Sequence record: MZ779063.1
DNA: 64,000 nucleotides
Reading direction: 5' to 3' (one strand)
Below, in pieces: positions 62,531 to 64,000 of this stretch. Made by a program: the position numbers and the translations under genes. The notes below the pieces were generated by a model. The model had not been told where the DNA came from. It ran no database searches and saw only the letters and a program-made list of their open reading frames with translations. The stretch's first letter is position 1, and each line of letters begins with the position of its first letter.

Positions 62531-62841
62531 TTAAAATGGTCAGAGAAGAAAAAATCAAACAAATGAAACAAGAATTACAAGCAATTTTAGACAAAGAAAT
62601 TAGGTTTAATGGTAAACCAATTTCAAATAAACAATTTGAGAGAAAATTAGAACTAATGAAACAAATAGAAAAGTTAAAATTTGACATTAGATCAGAAAGA
62701 TATCTGAGAAATGTCAAAAAGAATAAAATCACTGAGTTTAAGGGTAAAAGTGATTATGCGAAAGCAGGAAGACTACATCAATCTTTCCAAAGTAAAGAAG
62801 AGCATAAAATATGGAAAGACGATTTATTAGTAATTCAATAA
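62518..62841 (+). CDS. Hypothetical protein, paralog of 61710..62024 (likely start 62536)
   Basis: KIKQMKQEL...SDYAKAGRLH. Confidence 0.7.
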   Translation: MGSVIKMVREEKIKQMKQELQAILDKEIRFNGKPISNKQFERKLELMKQIEKLKFDIRSERYLRNVKKNKITEFKGKSDYAKAGRLHQSFQSKEEHKIWKDDLLVIQ

Positions 62842-62849
62842 TATATTAA

Positions 62850-63059
62850 ATGGAGGAATTTAAAATGAAAAAGATTATTAAATTAAAAACTGAGTATGCA
62901 TTAATTTTAGGAATGTTAGTTGGACTATTATTAGGATTATTAACTATGAATTTCTTTTTAGCGTTAGATATTATGTTCATGACAACTTTAGCATTTGTAG
63001 GTATGAATCATTATATCGGTGAAAAAAGAATGAATAATAGAAAAGGGGAAGTAAATTAA
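62850..63059 (+). CDS. Small two-TM membrane protein (likely start 62865)
   Basis: Same ATGGAGGAATTTAAAATGAAAAAG leader as 61421. Confidence 0.65.
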   Translation: MEEFKMKKIIKLKTEYALILGMLVGLLLGLLTMNFFLALDIMFMTTLAFVGMNHYIGEKRMNNRKGEVN

Positions 63060-63060
63060 T

Positions 63061-63255
63061 ATGCAGAATAAAATTAAGATAAAACCATGGATAGTATTTT
63101 GGACCGTATTTATTATTGGATTTATAGTTGGAGAAATTCTAGGTTATGTAGAAGGTAAATCATTGTTTGTAGGTATCGTATCAGCATTTATTTGTTTAGG
63201 AATTAATTATATGGTTGGAGAAATTAGAAGAGATATTATTAGAAATAGAAAATAA
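63061..63255 (+). CDS. Small two-TM membrane protein
   Basis: Hydrophobic hairpin. Confidence 0.65.
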   Translation: MQNKIKIKPWIVFWTVFIIGFIVGEILGYVEGKSLFVGIVSAFICLGINYMVGEIRRDIIRNRK

Positions 63256-63288
63256 AAATTAATTAAATTATAAGGAGTTGAATTGGAT

Positions 63289-63396
63289 ATGTTATTAGAA
63301 AACTTCATTACAATTATCGTGTTACTTGGCTTAATGAAATTTACAGGTTGTTTCAAATTTATGAAAGAAATCTGGTCTAACAAAGGTAACAAATAG
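63289..63396 (+). CDS. 35-aa hydrophobic peptide (not in ORF track)
   Basis: AAGGAG RBS; MLLENFITIIVLLGLMKFTGCFKFMKEIWSNKGNK. Confidence 0.55.
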   Translation: MLLENFITIIVLLGLMKFTGCFKFMKEIWSNKGNK

Positions 63397-63474
63397 CAAT
63401 AAAAGAGTGGATTATTTTCTATGATCCACTCTACATATTTAAATTAAAAAAAAAAACGAAAAGAGGAAATTAAA

Positions 63475-63981
63475 ATGAAAAAATTATTAATGACATTAGC
63501 ATCAATCGCTTTAATCGCAGTTATCGGAGCAGCAGGGATATTTGGTTATAGTAGTTTTAAAAGCTTAACAGTCAATAAAGAAGATAGTAAGACTGAAGAA
63601 GTATCTAAAAAGAAAGAAGACAAAAAAGAAAAGAAAGAACAAGAAGAATCAGATAATGTAGAAGTAAATCAACAACAAGATCAAACTCAAGAAGTAAATA
63701 ATAATGAACGACAAAATCAAACTACAGAAGATAATAATACAAATGTACAACAAAATCAACAACAAGAACCAGTAGTTGAAGAGAAAACTCAAGTAACAGA
63801 TAATGAAGGTAATAATATAGATGATATGGATTCAGAAGAATTTATTTCTAAATATACGGAAGGAATGGATGAAGAAGAAGCTCAAACAGTAAAAGACATG
63901 GCTGAAGAAGATTCAGGATATGAAGATTTCTTACGTGGACAAGTAGAAGCTAGACAAAATGGTCAAGGCGGAAATTACTAA
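63475..63981 (+). CDS. Membrane-anchored/secreted protein with Q/E/N-rich linker
   Basis: N-terminal TM, low-complexity acidic body. Confidence 0.75.
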   Translation: MKKLLMTLASIALIAVIGAAGIFGYSSFKSLTVNKEDSKTEEVSKKKEDKKEKKEQEESDNVEVNQQQDQTQEVNNNERQNQTTEDNNTNVQQNQQQEPVVEEKTQVTDNEGNNIDDMDSEEFISKYTEGMDEEEAQTVKDMAEEDSGYEDFLRGQVEARQNGQGGNY

Positions 63982-64000
63982 TAAGAAGAAAAGAGTGAAA

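Noticed and set aside
5248-63392. Minus-strand track ORFs other than HU (e.g. 5248, 9142, 10448, 19894, 20350, 20791, 23759, 27772, 33478, 37050, 53692, 54409, 58135, 59678, 61417, 62064, 62478)
   Set aside because: Antisense shadows of + strand genes, rich in S/L/I/F from reversed A-rich codons, with no RBS.

Overview
Very AT-rich, densely coded and almost entirely + strand segment of a jumbo bacteriophage of the phiKZ/AR9-like type. A low-GC Firmicute host is inferred from Gram-positive-style RBSs and lipoproteins. It encodes split multisubunit RNA polymerase subunits (three non-virion-type, one probable virion-type beta C-terminal fragment), type II topoisomerase B and A (A has an intein right after the catalytic Tyr), a RecA-like recombinase, NAD+-dependent ligase, primase-like protein, HU-like protein, SNase-like nuclease, MBL hydrolase, TelA, a processive GT2, and many small membrane or paralogous accessory genes. 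The standout is bases 1-3580. A ~1.1-kb ORF-free array has five ~200-nt units, each a conserved double hairpin (loop TGAATACG, with compensatory stem changes) followed by a unique, GC-richer hairpin 'spacer'. The array sits between a probable phage promoter and a 14-bp terminator-like hairpin, directly upstream of a retron-like reverse transcriptase with a long N-terminal extension and a tightly coupled gene of unknown function. This looks like an RT system with an array of distinct template RNAs, not a CRISPR, DGR or classical single-ncRNA retron. All calls come from reading the sequence by eye; no searches or folding programs were run.
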